A stretch of DNA of 38,119 nt, taken from the IMG/VR virus record IMGVR_UViG_3300024310_000006, positions 1-38,119 of that record. The stretch is one strand, 5' to 3'. Of this stretch, positions 1-9,690 are shown in pieces. Each line of letters starts with the position of its first letter. Position 1 is the first letter of the stretch. The position numbers and the translations under genes are program-made. The DNA is from a virus (lineage: Duplodnaviria > Caudoviricetes). The notes beneath the pieces are model-generated. The model was not told where the DNA came from and did no database searches. It saw only the letters and a list, made by a program, of their open reading frames with translations.

Positions 1-127
1 ACACGGGTGCGGCGGGCAGCGCTGTCATGTGCCGAATCGTCGCGCTGACGTCGACGTTCATGATTATCTACGGCGCGGCGAGCGGAAACCTCATCGCCCG
101 AAAGATCGACTATGCGACGCCGACCAC
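1..127. repeat. Terminal direct repeat, left copy (identical to 37993-38119); circular-assembly overlap
   Basis: ACACGGGTGCGGCGGGCAGC...GACGCCGACCAC is read identically at both ends. 127 bp is a common assembler k-mer overlap, and the repeat falls inside a CDS. Confidence 0.95.
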
Positions 128-2480
128 CATCAGCGGGCCGACGAACGCGGTAACGGACGGCCACGGGACCACGCGGCCATGGGACGCCGTCAAGAATGGG
201 TCGGCCGACAGCGTGATGATTGTCTACCGCACGGCGGTGCCGCAGTTGAAGGCGCTAATCTGGAACAGCAACATGACCGCCGGGACGTCCAGCACGTTCG
301 GCGACGATTGCAGCGCTGCGATTGGGTTCTTCCAATGGGACGTCAGCGACGGGAATCTCTACTGCGGTTATGCCGCCCCCGTCATCGGGTCGAAGGTCGC
401 CACCATCGTGAGCGCCACCGCCAGTATCAGCGCGGTCACGGTCATGGACGCGACGGTCACGACGGCGCGCAACATCACGGGCTACCGCAGCGGCTCCACC
501 AACGTGGGGTTCATGGAGGTTCCAGCCTCGCCGACGTACAACACCCTGATTCGCCGATGGCCCGGCAGCGGCACCGCGGCGCCGGTGTGGCAGCGCTCGA
601 TGGGGCTCGCGGCCCGCTGCTTCAAGCAAGGGTCAGTTTTCTTCGTCGCTGCGACCTACGACGACAACGCCAACGTGCCGCCGGTGCCCTGTCAGAGCGG
701 CTATTACGTCCTGGACGCCACGGCGGGGCCTCCGACCAACGGGACCACGCCTCCGGTGATTGCTCACGCCCTGTTCGGCGAGGGCGGCGGACTGACGAAC
801 CAGGCGAGCGGGCTCGGGACGGCCGTTGCGCTCGACGCAAACACCATCGCGATTCCCGGGGCGGTTCAGGCGCAAGTGATGGCCGACAACTCTCGGCTCA
901 TGGCGCCTGTGTACGTCGCGCTGAATTTCGCGGCGGCCATCTCGGGATACAAGCGGCTGGGGCAATCGCTCCATGCCGGCGGGTCGGTGATTCGCACCTA
1001 CGACGGCACGGGCGGGACGTGCGAGGCGGGATTCTTCCAGTTCCCCGAGCAGTTGACACTTGCGCAGACCACCGGCGGGTCACTGACCCTGCTGGGCGCC
1101 TACCAGTACGTTTTCATCTATGTGTGGATCGATGGCCGAGGCCAGCGGCACGAATCCGCGCCGAGTTTCCCCGTGACCATCACTCTCACTGGCAGCAACA
1201 ACAAGGTCACATTCACGACCGTGCCCACGCTGCGCGCAGTGAACAAGGTCGCCGTGGATTCCAGCGGCGGCGGCGCCGGCCCGGCCGTCTTCGTCGAGAT
1301 TTACCGAACGTTGGCCAACGGTTCCACGTTCCTGCGCCTGCCCATAGTCGTCACCAATGACGCCACCGTCGACTCAATCACCCCCACCGCCGACGTCAGC
1401 GCGGATACGACAATTCAGGCTAATCTGCCGCTGTATACCAACGGCGGCGCGCTGGGCAAAGAGCCATTCCCGCCCGCGCGACTCATGGAGGTGTGGCAGA
1501 ACCGCATCTTCCTAGCGGGAACGGAATTCCCCTTCGAACTGTGGGTCAGCAACGAGTTCACCACCGGCGAAGGGCCGTCGCTGTCCAGCGCGAACGTGAT
1601 TGCCCTGGAGAACGAGGGAGGGGACATCACGGCCCTTGCCGAAATGGACGACCGCCTGATCATATTCAAGCGTAGCGCCATCTACGAAATGATCGGGCAG
1701 GGGCCGGCGGCCGATGGCAGCGGGCAGTTCAACGCCCCGGCGCGCCTGACCTCGGCCGTGGGCGCCATCAGCCAGGCGGGTGTCATCAAAACGCCGCAGG
1801 GAGTGATCTTCAAGAGCACCCGCGGATTCTACCTGCTGCCGCGCGGAGCGTCCCAGCCGATGCGCCTGCGCGGCGTCGAGGCATACGAATCGCTGACGCT
1901 CAATGGCTCGGCCATCGTTGATGACCTGGAACAAGTGCGGTTCGTTCACGCTGAGGGGAGGACGTTAGTCTATCACTTCGGGCTGCTCGACGACCAGGGC
2001 GCGGGGCGGTGGACGACGTTCACCGGACAGGCGGCGGTGGACACCATCGAGTTTGCGAGTCAGTGGGTCTACCTGCAGACGGATGGCAGCTTTCAAGCCG
2101 AGGTGGCGAGCCAGTTCAACGACAACGGGTCGGCGATTGCCCCGCTCGTCACGTTCAACTGGGTGTCGCCGGCAACCCTGTTCGGGTCTAGCCTCATCTA
2201 CACCGTCCACCTGATGGCTGATTTCGTGGGCACAGGCACGGTGAGGGCGCAGACGTCATACAACTGGTCATCGACGATCATTGACAACGTGACCAAGGCG
2301 GTCACCAGCGCATCGCTGCCGCCGCTTGTGGTCGCCCCATCGCAGATGCGCGCGACGTCGGTACAGGCGACGATCAGCGAGACCAGTACGGCCGAGGTGT
2401 TTCGGCTGACGGCGCTCGGTTTCGAGATTGGCGTGCGCGGGCGCGCCCACAAGGTGGCCTCGGGCCAAGTCATGACATGA
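27..2480 (+). CDS. C-terminal part of tail tubular protein B / nozzle (P22 gp10-, T7 gp12-like); full gene is join(37500..37992,1..2480), about 990 aa
   Basis: In frame with ATG 37500 across the circular junction. Beta-rich, with C-terminal beta-propeller-like motifs (WQNRIFLAG, ITALAEMDDRLIIFK, GVIFKSTRGFYLL). Lies between the adaptor gene and the internal proteins. Confidence 0.75.
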   Translation: MCRIVALTSTFMIIYGAASGNLIARKIDYATPTTISGPTNAVTDGHGTTRPWDAVKNGSADSVMIVYRTAVPQLKALIWNSNMTAGTSSTFGDDCSAAIGFFQWDVSDGNLYCGYAAPVIGSKVATIVSATASISAVTVMDATVTTARNITGYRSGSTNVGFMEVPASPTYNTLIRRWPGSGTAAPVWQRSMGLAARCFKQGSVFFVAATYDDNANVPPVPCQSGYYVLDATAGPPTNGTTPPVIAHALFGEGGGLTNQASGLGTAVALDANTIAIPGAVQAQVMADNSRLMAPVYVALNFAAAISGYKRLGQSLHAGGSVIRTYDGTGGTCEAGFFQFPEQLTLAQTTGGSLTLLGAYQYVFIYVWIDGRGQRHESAPSFPVTITLTGSNNKVTFTTVPTLRAVNKVAVDSSGGGAGPAVFVEIYRTLANGSTFLRLPIVVTNDATVDSITPTADVSADTTIQANLPLYTNGGALGKEPFPPARLMEVWQNRIFLAGTEFPFELWVSNEFTTGEGPSLSSANVIALENEGGDITALAEMDDRLIIFKRSAIYEMIGQGPAADGSGQFNAPARLTSAVGAISQAGVIKTPQGVIFKSTRGFYLLPRGASQPMRLRGVEAYESLTLNGSAIVDDLEQVRFVHAEGRTLVYHFGLLDDQGAGRWTTFTGQAAVDTIEFASQWVYLQTDGSFQAEVASQFNDNGSAIAPLVTFNWVSPATLFGSSLIYTVHLMADFVGTGTVRAQTSYNWSSTIIDNVTKAVTSASLPPLVVAPSQMRATSVQATISETSTAEVFRLTALGFEIGVRGRAHKVASGQVMT

Positions 2481-2490
2481 GGTGCATCTG

Positions 2491-4503
2491 ATGGCTACTG
2501 GATGGATTGGAGCACCGCCGGCCCCGGGGGCCACGTCGACGCCGTTGCCCGATGCGGGCGGAGGCGCAGGCGCGCCCACGCAAGCCGTGTCCCTCGACCA
2601 GTCAGGGTTACCACAGGCGAAGTGGGTGCCTGATACGTCCGCCGCTGGTGGGCACTGGGAGGACGGCAAGGGCGTGCGCATCCCGGCCCCGCCCGCAAAC
2701 ATGACGCCTGCGCAGGTGCTTGCGCAGAATCCGGGCCTGGACCCGGCGAAGCTGTCTTACCGAGACCCGCCGGGCGGGCCGTTGCAGTCGTACACGACCA
2801 GCGGCGGGGAAAATGGACTCGGCGAGGGCTCAACGACGACCAACTCGCCCAACATCGTCACCGACCGTCAGGGGTTCCCGCTCGACAAGAACGGCAACCG
2901 CACCGCCGACCCGTCGCAATATGTTCCGATGACAGCGCAGCAGGGTTCGACGCTGGCGAGCGCGGCGACGGCGAACCCGTCGCCCATCCTGAACAAGAAC
3001 GTGGCCGTCAACAACGCGGCGAACGGGACGACCAACCCTAACATGACACCCACGACGGGCGGCCCGGCCACCGTCGCCCCCGGTTCGCCAGGCGACCTCA
3101 TCGCCCAATACAACAACTTCGCGCCTCGTCAACCGCCCATCGGTCAGGCTGCGGCCATCGCCCCTGTGTCGACGGCAACGGCCGGCACGGTCGCCCCGAC
3201 GGCGCTCGCGGCGTCGCCGCAAGTGGGGGCTGCGGCGCCCATCCCGCACACCGAGGTAGGCCAGCCGGGGCAGGCGACAGCGGCGCAGACGGGCCAGGTG
3301 GCCGACATCAGGGCGCCGCAGATTGGCGCGGTCACGACCGCGAATGCGGTCAACGCCAACGCCGCAAAGATCGACACGTCGGCGTCTGACCAGATCCGCG
3401 GCGGGCAGCAGAGCCTTATCGCTGGACTTCAGGCGGCGGCGTCGGGGACAGGCGGCCCCACGGCGGCGGAGGCGCTCCACCAGAAGGCCCTAGACCAGGC
3501 CATCGCTGCACAGCAAGGGCTCGTGGCAGGCGCGCATGGTACGGGGCGGGTCGCGGCGCAGCTCAAGGCGGGGCAGAACATCGGCCAGATCACGGGCCAG
3601 GGCGCGGCGGATGCGGCGGCGCTGCGAGCCAGGGAAATGCAGGACGCACGGGCGCAGCTCGAGACGGCGCTTTCTTCGACGCGGGGTCAGGACGTCACGC
3701 TGGCCACGACGCAGGCGGGGTTCCAGAACACCGCAAACCTTCAGAATTCGCAGCTTGGCACGCAAGTGAACCTGGAGAATGCCAAGGCCAACAACGTGCG
3801 GGACATCCAGAACGCGAACAACATCCTCGACGCGCTCAAGTCCAACCAAACGACACGCAAAGATCTGGCCATAACCGACGCCTCGCTGGCGAACGCGGTG
3901 GCCATCTCGAACGCTAACGCGCGCACGGAGATGCAGAAGCTTCAGGCCCAGATCACATCGCAGGAAGGCATCGCGACTGCCCAGCAGCAGAACGAGATGA
4001 CGCGGCTACAGGCCCAAATCGACAGCAACACCGGCATCGCAAACGCGAACAACATCAACGCCGCCGCGATCAAGCAGGCCGAGCTTAACACGTCGACGAA
4101 CATCAACAATTCGCAGCAGACGAACGCCGCGAGCATCGCGCAGGCGGGGCTGCAGAATACGATGGCCATCGCCAACGCGAAGAACCAGATTGACCAGCTA
4201 CAGCTAGACGACCAGGCCAAGGCCGAGTTGCTGAAGGCAGCGACCACGGGCAGCACGGCTGCGCTGTCCGCGGCTACGCAGCTCAAGATTGCCGCTATCG
4301 TGGCCTCCACGCAGGCAAGCGCGGCGACGAAGCAGCTCATTGCGAGCATCCTCGGCGGTGTCGCGGCGGTGGGCGCCGGGGTTATCAACAGCGGCGCGCT
4401 CAACAGCAGCGGTGGCGGCGCGGACACCGGCGGCGACATTGGCCCGCCCGCGTCCAGCGGGATTACTAGCAACCCGAGTGACTTCACCGGAGACGATGGA
4501 TGA
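2491..4503 (+). CDS. Internal virion / DNA ejection protein (Ala/Gln/Asn-rich)
   Basis: GAGG SD before ATG 2491; helical QNA-rich repeats; hydrophobic C-terminal segment (LIASILGGVAAVGAGV); position after the nozzle gene as in podoviruses. Confidence 0.6.
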   Translation: MATGWIGAPPAPGATSTPLPDAGGGAGAPTQAVSLDQSGLPQAKWVPDTSAAGGHWEDGKGVRIPAPPANMTPAQVLAQNPGLDPAKLSYRDPPGGPLQSYTTSGGENGLGEGSTTTNSPNIVTDRQGFPLDKNGNRTADPSQYVPMTAQQGSTLASAATANPSPILNKNVAVNNAANGTTNPNMTPTTGGPATVAPGSPGDLIAQYNNFAPRQPPIGQAAAIAPVSTATAGTVAPTALAASPQVGAAAPIPHTEVGQPGQATAAQTGQVADIRAPQIGAVTTANAVNANAAKIDTSASDQIRGGQQSLIAGLQAAASGTGGPTAAEALHQKALDQAIAAQQGLVAGAHGTGRVAAQLKAGQNIGQITGQGAADAAALRAREMQDARAQLETALSSTRGQDVTLATTQAGFQNTANLQNSQLGTQVNLENAKANNVRDIQNANNILDALKSNQTTRKDLAITDASLANAVAISNANARTEMQKLQAQITSQEGIATAQQQNEMTRLQAQIDSNTGIANANNINAAAIKQAELNTSTNINNSQQTNAASIAQAGLQNTMAIANAKNQIDQLQLDDQAKAELLKAATTGSTAALSAATQLKIAAIVASTQASAATKQLIASILGGVAAVGAGVINSGALNSSGGGADTGGDIGPPASSGITSNPSDFTGDDG

Positions 4504-6161
4504 TTGACCCGCGCACAGGACTTGATGACGGGCAGGGCGAGGGCGATCCATTCTCCCCCGCTTCCATGATGCGCGCGCAAATTGCACAGGGGGCAACGCC
4601 TGTGCTGCCTGCGTTCAACGGTGTCAACGCCGCGCTGTTTCCGCCTGGTGGCGGCGCTCCACCGGCGGCCCCCGCGCCTGCCCCTGCCCCGCAGCCGCTC
4701 ATCCCCGAGCTCCAGCAAGCGTTGGCCACCGTGCCGCCGCCTGCCGCCACTGCGCCCGTGGCTAAGACGCCCGGCGTTCCTGGCGGCGGTGGGCCGCCCA
4801 TCGGCGGGATGACGCCGGCCGAGAAGAAGGCGCAAGAGGCGCTCGCCGGCACCGAGGCGGCGCAGGTGGAGACGGCGAAGAAGGAGGGGGAGGCGGGCAA
4901 AGAGAAGGCCGCGGGACAAGCCGAATTCGAGGCGGCGCAGGCCAAACGCGTCGACGAGTTCAATCAGGTATGGGCGCAGAAGAGCGCGGCGGCGACGCAG
5001 CATCTTCAGCAACTCGAAGACGAGCGGGCGAAGATGAAGGTCAAGGACCTCTTCGAAGGGCGCCCGGGGGCGGCTATCGCAGCGGCGCTCATGGAGGGAT
5101 TGGGCGCGTTTGCGGCCAGCATGACGGGCTCGCCGAACTTCGCCATGCAGGTGATCAACAAGCAGGTCGAGAACTACCGCCAGCAGCAGCTAGACAAGGT
5201 CGATCAGGCCAGCAAGGGTGTAGAAAACGCCAAGTGGATGGTCGAGAACGCGCGCATGGAGATGAACGCGCAGGAAGCGGGGATGTACAAGTCCATCGCT
5301 CAGCAGCGCGCTGCGAACCTGGCCAAGTTCGGAAAGTCTGACGCCGAGGTCGCGGCTGACAAGATCGTTCAGGCGGCGAGCAAAGAGGCCGAGCAGCGGC
5401 AAGCGCAGAACGCGACGATGCTCGCGAACCGTGGCGAGGAACAGCGGCAGCACGCCGCGCAGCGCGCACTCATCGGGTCGGAAATCGGGAAGAACAACGC
5501 CGAGACGGCGAAACTGGGGGCCGAGTCTGCCGCCGCGGGAACCAAGGAAGAGAGCGGGCGCGGCTTCGGCGTACGCGTCCAGAAAGCAACGCTCACGGAA
5601 AAGGGGCGGCAGGCGCTCGAGATTCACGATCGCCTTCAGTCGGAGGGCGTGACGCTGACTGACGCTGACCGCCAGAAGTATCAGAACAACCTCGCCGAGG
5701 TCGAAAAGGCCAAGCACATGAGCCTTTTCGAACAGGAGGCGGGGCGAAAGCTGGGCTTGCTGGCCACCGACCCGTACAAGGGTTTTAGCGACAAGAAACG
5801 GCAGTTGCTTCAGGCCAACGAGTTGTTGACCCAAGTCGGCGCGGGCGTGACCAACATCGGTGCATCCGAGCACGAGATGGAGCACGGGCGACAAATCTTC
5901 GACCTGAACTCTCCCGGCGCCACGCCGGCCATGCGCGACCAGGTGGTCAACCAAGTGCGCGGCATCGTCGGCGGCGCTGCGGCGGCTGGCGGCAAGGTGA
6001 CCGAATCGGTTGCCCGCGGAGCGGCGGCAGAGCAGGCGGCGGCGCCCCCGACGGCCGACGTGTCAGCAGCCAAGGCGTGGCTGGCGTCTCCCGCGGCGCG
6101 CGCGGACACAGCGAAGGCGGCGGCGGTGGCTGCTAAGCTGCGCGCGATGGGAGCCATGTGA
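4500..6161 (+). CDS. Internal virion / ejection protein (coiled-coil)
   Basis: 553 aa ORF, ATGA-coupled; Pro-rich N-terminus, a hydrophobic segment (AIAAALMEGLGAFAASM) and long coiled coil. Confidence 0.6.
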   Translation: MIDPRTGLDDGQGEGDPFSPASMMRAQIAQGATPVLPAFNGVNAALFPPGGGAPPAAPAPAPAPQPLIPELQQALATVPPPAATAPVAKTPGVPGGGGPPIGGMTPAEKKAQEALAGTEAAQVETAKKEGEAGKEKAAGQAEFEAAQAKRVDEFNQVWAQKSAAATQHLQQLEDERAKMKVKDLFEGRPGAAIAAALMEGLGAFAASMTGSPNFAMQVINKQVENYRQQQLDKVDQASKGVENAKWMVENARMEMNAQEAGMYKSIAQQRAANLAKFGKSDAEVAADKIVQAASKEAEQRQAQNATMLANRGEEQRQHAAQRALIGSEIGKNNAETAKLGAESAAAGTKEESGRGFGVRVQKATLTEKGRQALEIHDRLQSEGVTLTDADRQKYQNNLAEVEKAKHMSLFEQEAGRKLGLLATDPYKGFSDKKRQLLQANELLTQVGAGVTNIGASEHEMEHGRQIFDLNSPGATPAMRDQVVNQVRGIVGGAAAAGGKVTESVARGAAAEQAAAPPTADVSAAKAWLASPAARADTAKAAAVAAKLRAMGAM

Positions 6162-7675
6162 GCTTTGACCCCGACGCCTTTCTCGCCGGCCCTGCGCCCA
6201 AGCCGGCCGCGCCGTCAGGAGCGTTCGACCCCGACGCCTTCTTGAAGGCGCCCGCCGCGCCCGCCCCTGAAGCGCCCCCGGCGGAGCCGCCCAGCTTGCT
6301 GGAGGCGGGTGTCCGTGGCGCGGCGCAAGGGGTTACGTTCGGGTTTGGCGACGAGATCAGCGGCGCACTGGAGTCTGCGTTCACCGACAAAACCTACGCG
6401 CAGGCCCGTGACGAGGCGCGCGCGGCGAACAAGGCCGCCCGGGAGGCGCACCCCATCGGCTACGGGCTGGGGCAAATCGTGGGCGGCGCTGCTGTGCCTA
6501 TCCCGGGACTGGGGCTCGCGGGCGCGGGCGTGGGGCTGGGCGCACGCATCGCTGCCAACGCTGCTCGAGGTGCGCTGGCGGGCGGTCTGACGGCGGCCGG
6601 CGAGTCTGAGGCCGACCTGACCAAGGCGGGCGGCGCGGAGCAGATGGTCAGGGAGACGGCGAAAGGCGGCCTGCTCGGCGGCGCGCTTGGCGGCATCATC
6701 GGCACCGCGGCTGAGAAGTATGTTCAGGGCGCCGAGGGCCGCGCCAACGAGCAGTTGGTTACCGACGTCACCGGCGGGCGGGCGACGAACGCGGGCAAGC
6801 GCGTGTGGGCTGACGAAGAGGACGTCATCCGCGCGGCGCGGAAGTTCGGCATTGACAAGGTGGCCAAGGACGTCGACAAAGGCGCGGCGGCTGCCGATTC
6901 GGCGATGGAGCGCGTGGGGCCGATGGTGGCATCGGTGACGAAGGCCGCCGACGAGAAAGCCCCGGGAATCGCGCTGGAGGACTTCACGGGCGCGCTGGGC
7001 AAGCTGGAGGCGAAGTACCGCGGCAACGCGGCCACCGTGGACAAGGCCGATGCCATCGCGAAACAAATCGAGACGATAAAGAAGACCTACGGCGGGACGG
7101 CGGAGGCGCCGCTGGCATTCGTTCCGGTGGACAAAGTGCGCCAATATGGCTCGGCAATCGGGACGGAAGGATTCGCCGGTAGCGGGCTGCAACCCGGTGC
7201 AACCGCCACGCTTCAGCGCGAAATATGGGCGGCGACCAAGGATATCGTCAATGCCCACGTCGAAAAGGTCATGGGGCCAAAAATAGGCAGCAAATTCGCC
7301 GAATTGAACCAGGAGTACTCCGCCCTAAAGAACATTGCCGGTGCTTTTCGCGACCGCTCCAGCATCCCGCCCCCAAATCGTGCCGCCGGTGGCCTACGAA
7401 ACGCCGCCGAGAACGTCGGCAAGGTGGCGTCAATCGGCATGTCCATCGCCAGTGGCAATCCCCTGCCCGCCATCGCCACGTACGCGGGCATCCCGCTGGC
7501 CAAGGCAGGTGATCGCGCGGCCACGCAAGCCCTGGCGCGCCTAGCGGCTTCGGCGAGGGCCGGCAGCGCCCCCGCGGCGCTCATCCAGGCGGCGTTGGCG
7601 GCCGGCGTGCCCCGCGGGACCATCGAGGCGACCATCTCGGCCGTGCGGCCCGGGGCGCAGGAAGCGCAACCGTGA
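6158..7675 (+). CDS. Internal virion / DNA transfer protein
   Basis: N-terminal FDPDAFL repeats and RGAAQGVTFGFGDEI motif typical of podoviral ejection proteins; Gly/Ala-rich membrane-like segments. Confidence 0.7.
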   Translation: MSFDPDAFLAGPAPKPAAPSGAFDPDAFLKAPAAPAPEAPPAEPPSLLEAGVRGAAQGVTFGFGDEISGALESAFTDKTYAQARDEARAANKAAREAHPIGYGLGQIVGGAAVPIPGLGLAGAGVGLGARIAANAARGALAGGLTAAGESEADLTKAGGAEQMVRETAKGGLLGGALGGIIGTAAEKYVQGAEGRANEQLVTDVTGGRATNAGKRVWADEEDVIRAARKFGIDKVAKDVDKGAAAADSAMERVGPMVASVTKAADEKAPGIALEDFTGALGKLEAKYRGNAATVDKADAIAKQIETIKKTYGGTAEAPLAFVPVDKVRQYGSAIGTEGFAGSGLQPGATATLQREIWAATKDIVNAHVEKVMGPKIGSKFAELNQEYSALKNIAGAFRDRSSIPPPNRAAGGLRNAAENVGKVASIGMSIASGNPLPAIATYAGIPLAKAGDRAATQALARLAASARAGSAPAALIQAALAAGVPRGTIEATISAVRPGAQEAQP

Positions 7676-8400
7676 GCCTCCCGGGCGAGGCACTGGTTGC
7701 GGTCACCGGACTGTTCCCCGAAAAGCCGCTGCTGGCCCGCGACGGGGAGGCGGCGCGCAAGCTGCCGGGCGAGTGGCGCGGGATGGTCAAGGACTTCTTC
7801 GACCAGGGGAAGCCGCGGAAGTTCAGGCTGTACAAGCGGCCCGATCACGACGCGATGCTAACGAAGCTGACCGAGGCGGAGAGCCCGCAGGGCCTCGTGG
7901 GCAAGCTGGCCGATGCCGGCGTGGCCGACGACTACCTCGCCGTCTTGAGCAACTGCCGGGAGTACGTGCGCGCGCGCTGGCCTGCGCTGTCCACCGACAC
8001 ATTCACGGGACCGCGCATGATGGCGCCGGGGTTCACGGCGATGGGCGACGCGTGGATGATTCTCGCCGTCGTGGATGATCCCACGTGCCTGCTGACCGAG
8101 GTGCTATCGGGCACGGTGCAAGCTCCGCAGGTAGACGCGGTGACCGCCTGCTATCCCGAGCTGTGGAAGATGCTCCAAGCCCTGATCCAGGAGCGCAAGC
8201 AACTGGAGCAGGCCGCCAAGAAGTCCTGGGCCGTGGGATGGGCCAAAGAGCGCGTCCTGCGGATCCTGTTCTCGTTGCCGGCTGACGTGCCCATCAAGCA
8301 GGCGCAGCAACCGCCCGCGCGCACCGGCGGCGCAAGCCGCGCCATCAACATCGACTTCAAGAGCAGCCAAACGCTCGCGCAAAGAATCGAAGCAAAATAA
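7672..8400 (+). CDS. Hypothetical protein, possibly virion-associated
   Basis: 242 aa ORF, GTGA-coupled, GC-rich third positions like the neighbouring genes. Confidence 0.7.
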   Translation: MSLPGEALVAVTGLFPEKPLLARDGEAARKLPGEWRGMVKDFFDQGKPRKFRLYKRPDHDAMLTKLTEAESPQGLVGKLADAGVADDYLAVLSNCREYVRARWPALSTDTFTGPRMMAPGFTAMGDAWMILAVVDDPTCLLTEVLSGTVQAPQVDAVTACYPELWKMLQALIQERKQLEQAAKKSWAVGWAKERVLRILFSLPADVPIKQAQQPPARTGGASRAINIDFKSSQTLAQRIEAK

Positions 8401-8426
8401 GCAGTTAGCGCGTGAGTGCGGGTGCT

Positions 8427-8455
8427 GGGGGACATCGGGGCCTTGTCAGGAGGCT
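8427..8455 (+). promoter_or_regulatory. Putative late-promoter motif GGGGACATCGGGGCCTTGTCAGGAGGC plus RBS
   Basis: Near-identical to 30563-30589; the core also occurs at 27707 and 30492, all in intergenic gaps. Confidence 0.5.
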
Positions 8456-8461
8456 CCGCCC

Positions 8462-9199
8462 ATGCTCGCACTCGGCCATCCAGATCTCGATCGTGCAGAG
8501 AAGTACAACCAGCTTCTCTCGGCCGCCAAAGACGCCACGCAGAACGCCGAGTTGTTCACCACGTTGTGGGAGGACTACTACGGCGACCCGACGGGATACG
8601 GCAACTCCACGGTGTGGAACCCCGCCGCGGGTCTGACCAACAGCGGCAGCGTGATTGCCGGCGACGAGGGCACGGGAAGCGTCATCTACTCGACGGGCGC
8701 CACCGCCAGCTCCATCAGCGGCGCGGCTCCGGCGAATGCCATCGGCGCGACGCCGTGGACGGTGGCCACGCAGACGCCGGGCAAGGCGTTCTATCTCAAC
8801 TGCAAGGCCAAGATCCCGACCACGCCCGTGGCAAACACGACCATCTTCGTCGGCTTCAGCGACACCACGAACACCCTCGGCGTCGGCGTCATCGGCTCGC
8901 TCAGCACGACCCGCTACATCATCCAGCACAGCGCGAACCTCATCACGACCAAGAGCGACCTCGACGTCACGCCCGTGGATACCGCGTACCACGGCTTCGA
9001 GATGTGGGCCAACGGCAAGGACGGCAACGTCTATGCCCGCCTCGACGGTCCACTGTTCGGCGGCGCCGGTCTCGTCGTTGCCGTCGCGCCAACGGTGACA
9101 TACGCCAAGCTGCGGCTTCTGGTGACCGCTCGCAACGGCGCTACTGCGGCGGATCAACGACTTCAGATGGCGCATCTCTTCGTCGCCTGCCAGCCGTAA
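8462..9199 (+). CDS. Beta-sandwich (lectin/ConA-like?) structural protein, paralog of 9687-10415
   Basis: AGGAGG SD; beta-rich; alignable by eye with the 9687-10415 product. Confidence 0.7.
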   Translation: MLALGHPDLDRAEKYNQLLSAAKDATQNAELFTTLWEDYYGDPTGYGNSTVWNPAAGLTNSGSVIAGDEGTGSVIYSTGATASSISGAAPANAIGATPWTVATQTPGKAFYLNCKAKIPTTPVANTTIFVGFSDTTNTLGVGVIGSLSTTRYIIQHSANLITTKSDLDVTPVDTAYHGFEMWANGKDGNVYARLDGPLFGGAGLVVAVAPTVTYAKLRLLVTARNGATAADQRLQMAHLFVACQP

Positions 9200-9204
9200 T
9201 CGCC

Positions 9205-9690
9205 ATGAGCGCACTTGGACAACGCCGGCATTCAGTAGATACGCCCATAGCGGCGCCTGGCAATGCCGCGACCATCATCCTGGCCAACTGGAGCGCCGTC
9301 CCCAAGGTGCCCACGGGCGGCGCCGCCACGGTCAACCCCGTGGAGAAGCCGCGCGACCTCCCCACCAACGATGTCGTGGCGGTGGAACTGGTGTGGATCC
9401 AGAACGACCAGGCCAGCGCAGCCAACGGCGTGCGCCTCTATGCGCTCGCCAGCGACAAGGTGACTTTCCGCGAGGTCGATTGCAAGGACGACAACGGGCT
9501 CGCCACCATCGGCAGCGCTGCGCCGCAGGCGGTCCCCGTGCTCTCCGCGGGCCAGGAACGCCGCATTCTCGTGGTGGTCGCGCGTTATCCGTTCGGCGGC
9601 GTCATCGAATATACCGCCGGGGCGACGGGGCCAACGAACTGGGATGTGCTGGTCACCTACCACCTCAGCGATGGAAGCGTGATTCAGTGA
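9205..9690 (+). CDS. Hypothetical beta-rich virion protein (about 161 aa)
   Basis: ATG 9205 (MSALGQRRHS...) within the 8416-9690 frame; the 5' extension overlaps the 8462 gene and is rejected. Confidence 0.65.
   Translation: MSALGQRRHSVDTPIAAPGNAATIILANWSAVPKVPTGGAATVNPVEKPRDLPTNDVVAVELVWIQNDQASAANGVRLYALASDKVTFREVDCKDDNGLATIGSAAPQAVPVLSAGQERRILVVVARYPFGGVIEYTAGATGPTNWDVLVTYHLSDGSVIQ

Noticed and set aside
1-127. Biological terminal repeats (T7-like DTR) or att duplication
   Set aside because: The length equals a usual assembler k-mer and the repeat interrupts a continuous CDS, so it is best read as circular-assembly overlap.
29-1360. Long alternative-frame and antisense ORFs (for example 29-1360, 3942-5012, 6215-7258, 33273-34187, 34768-35883)
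   Set aside because: Arg/Pro/Gly-rich shadow ORFs expected in high-GC DNA; they fully overlap well-supported genes.
6163-6241. Duplicated TTYGACCCCGACGCCTT sequence
   Set aside because: Explained by the FDPDAFL peptide repeat at the N-terminus of the ejection protein.
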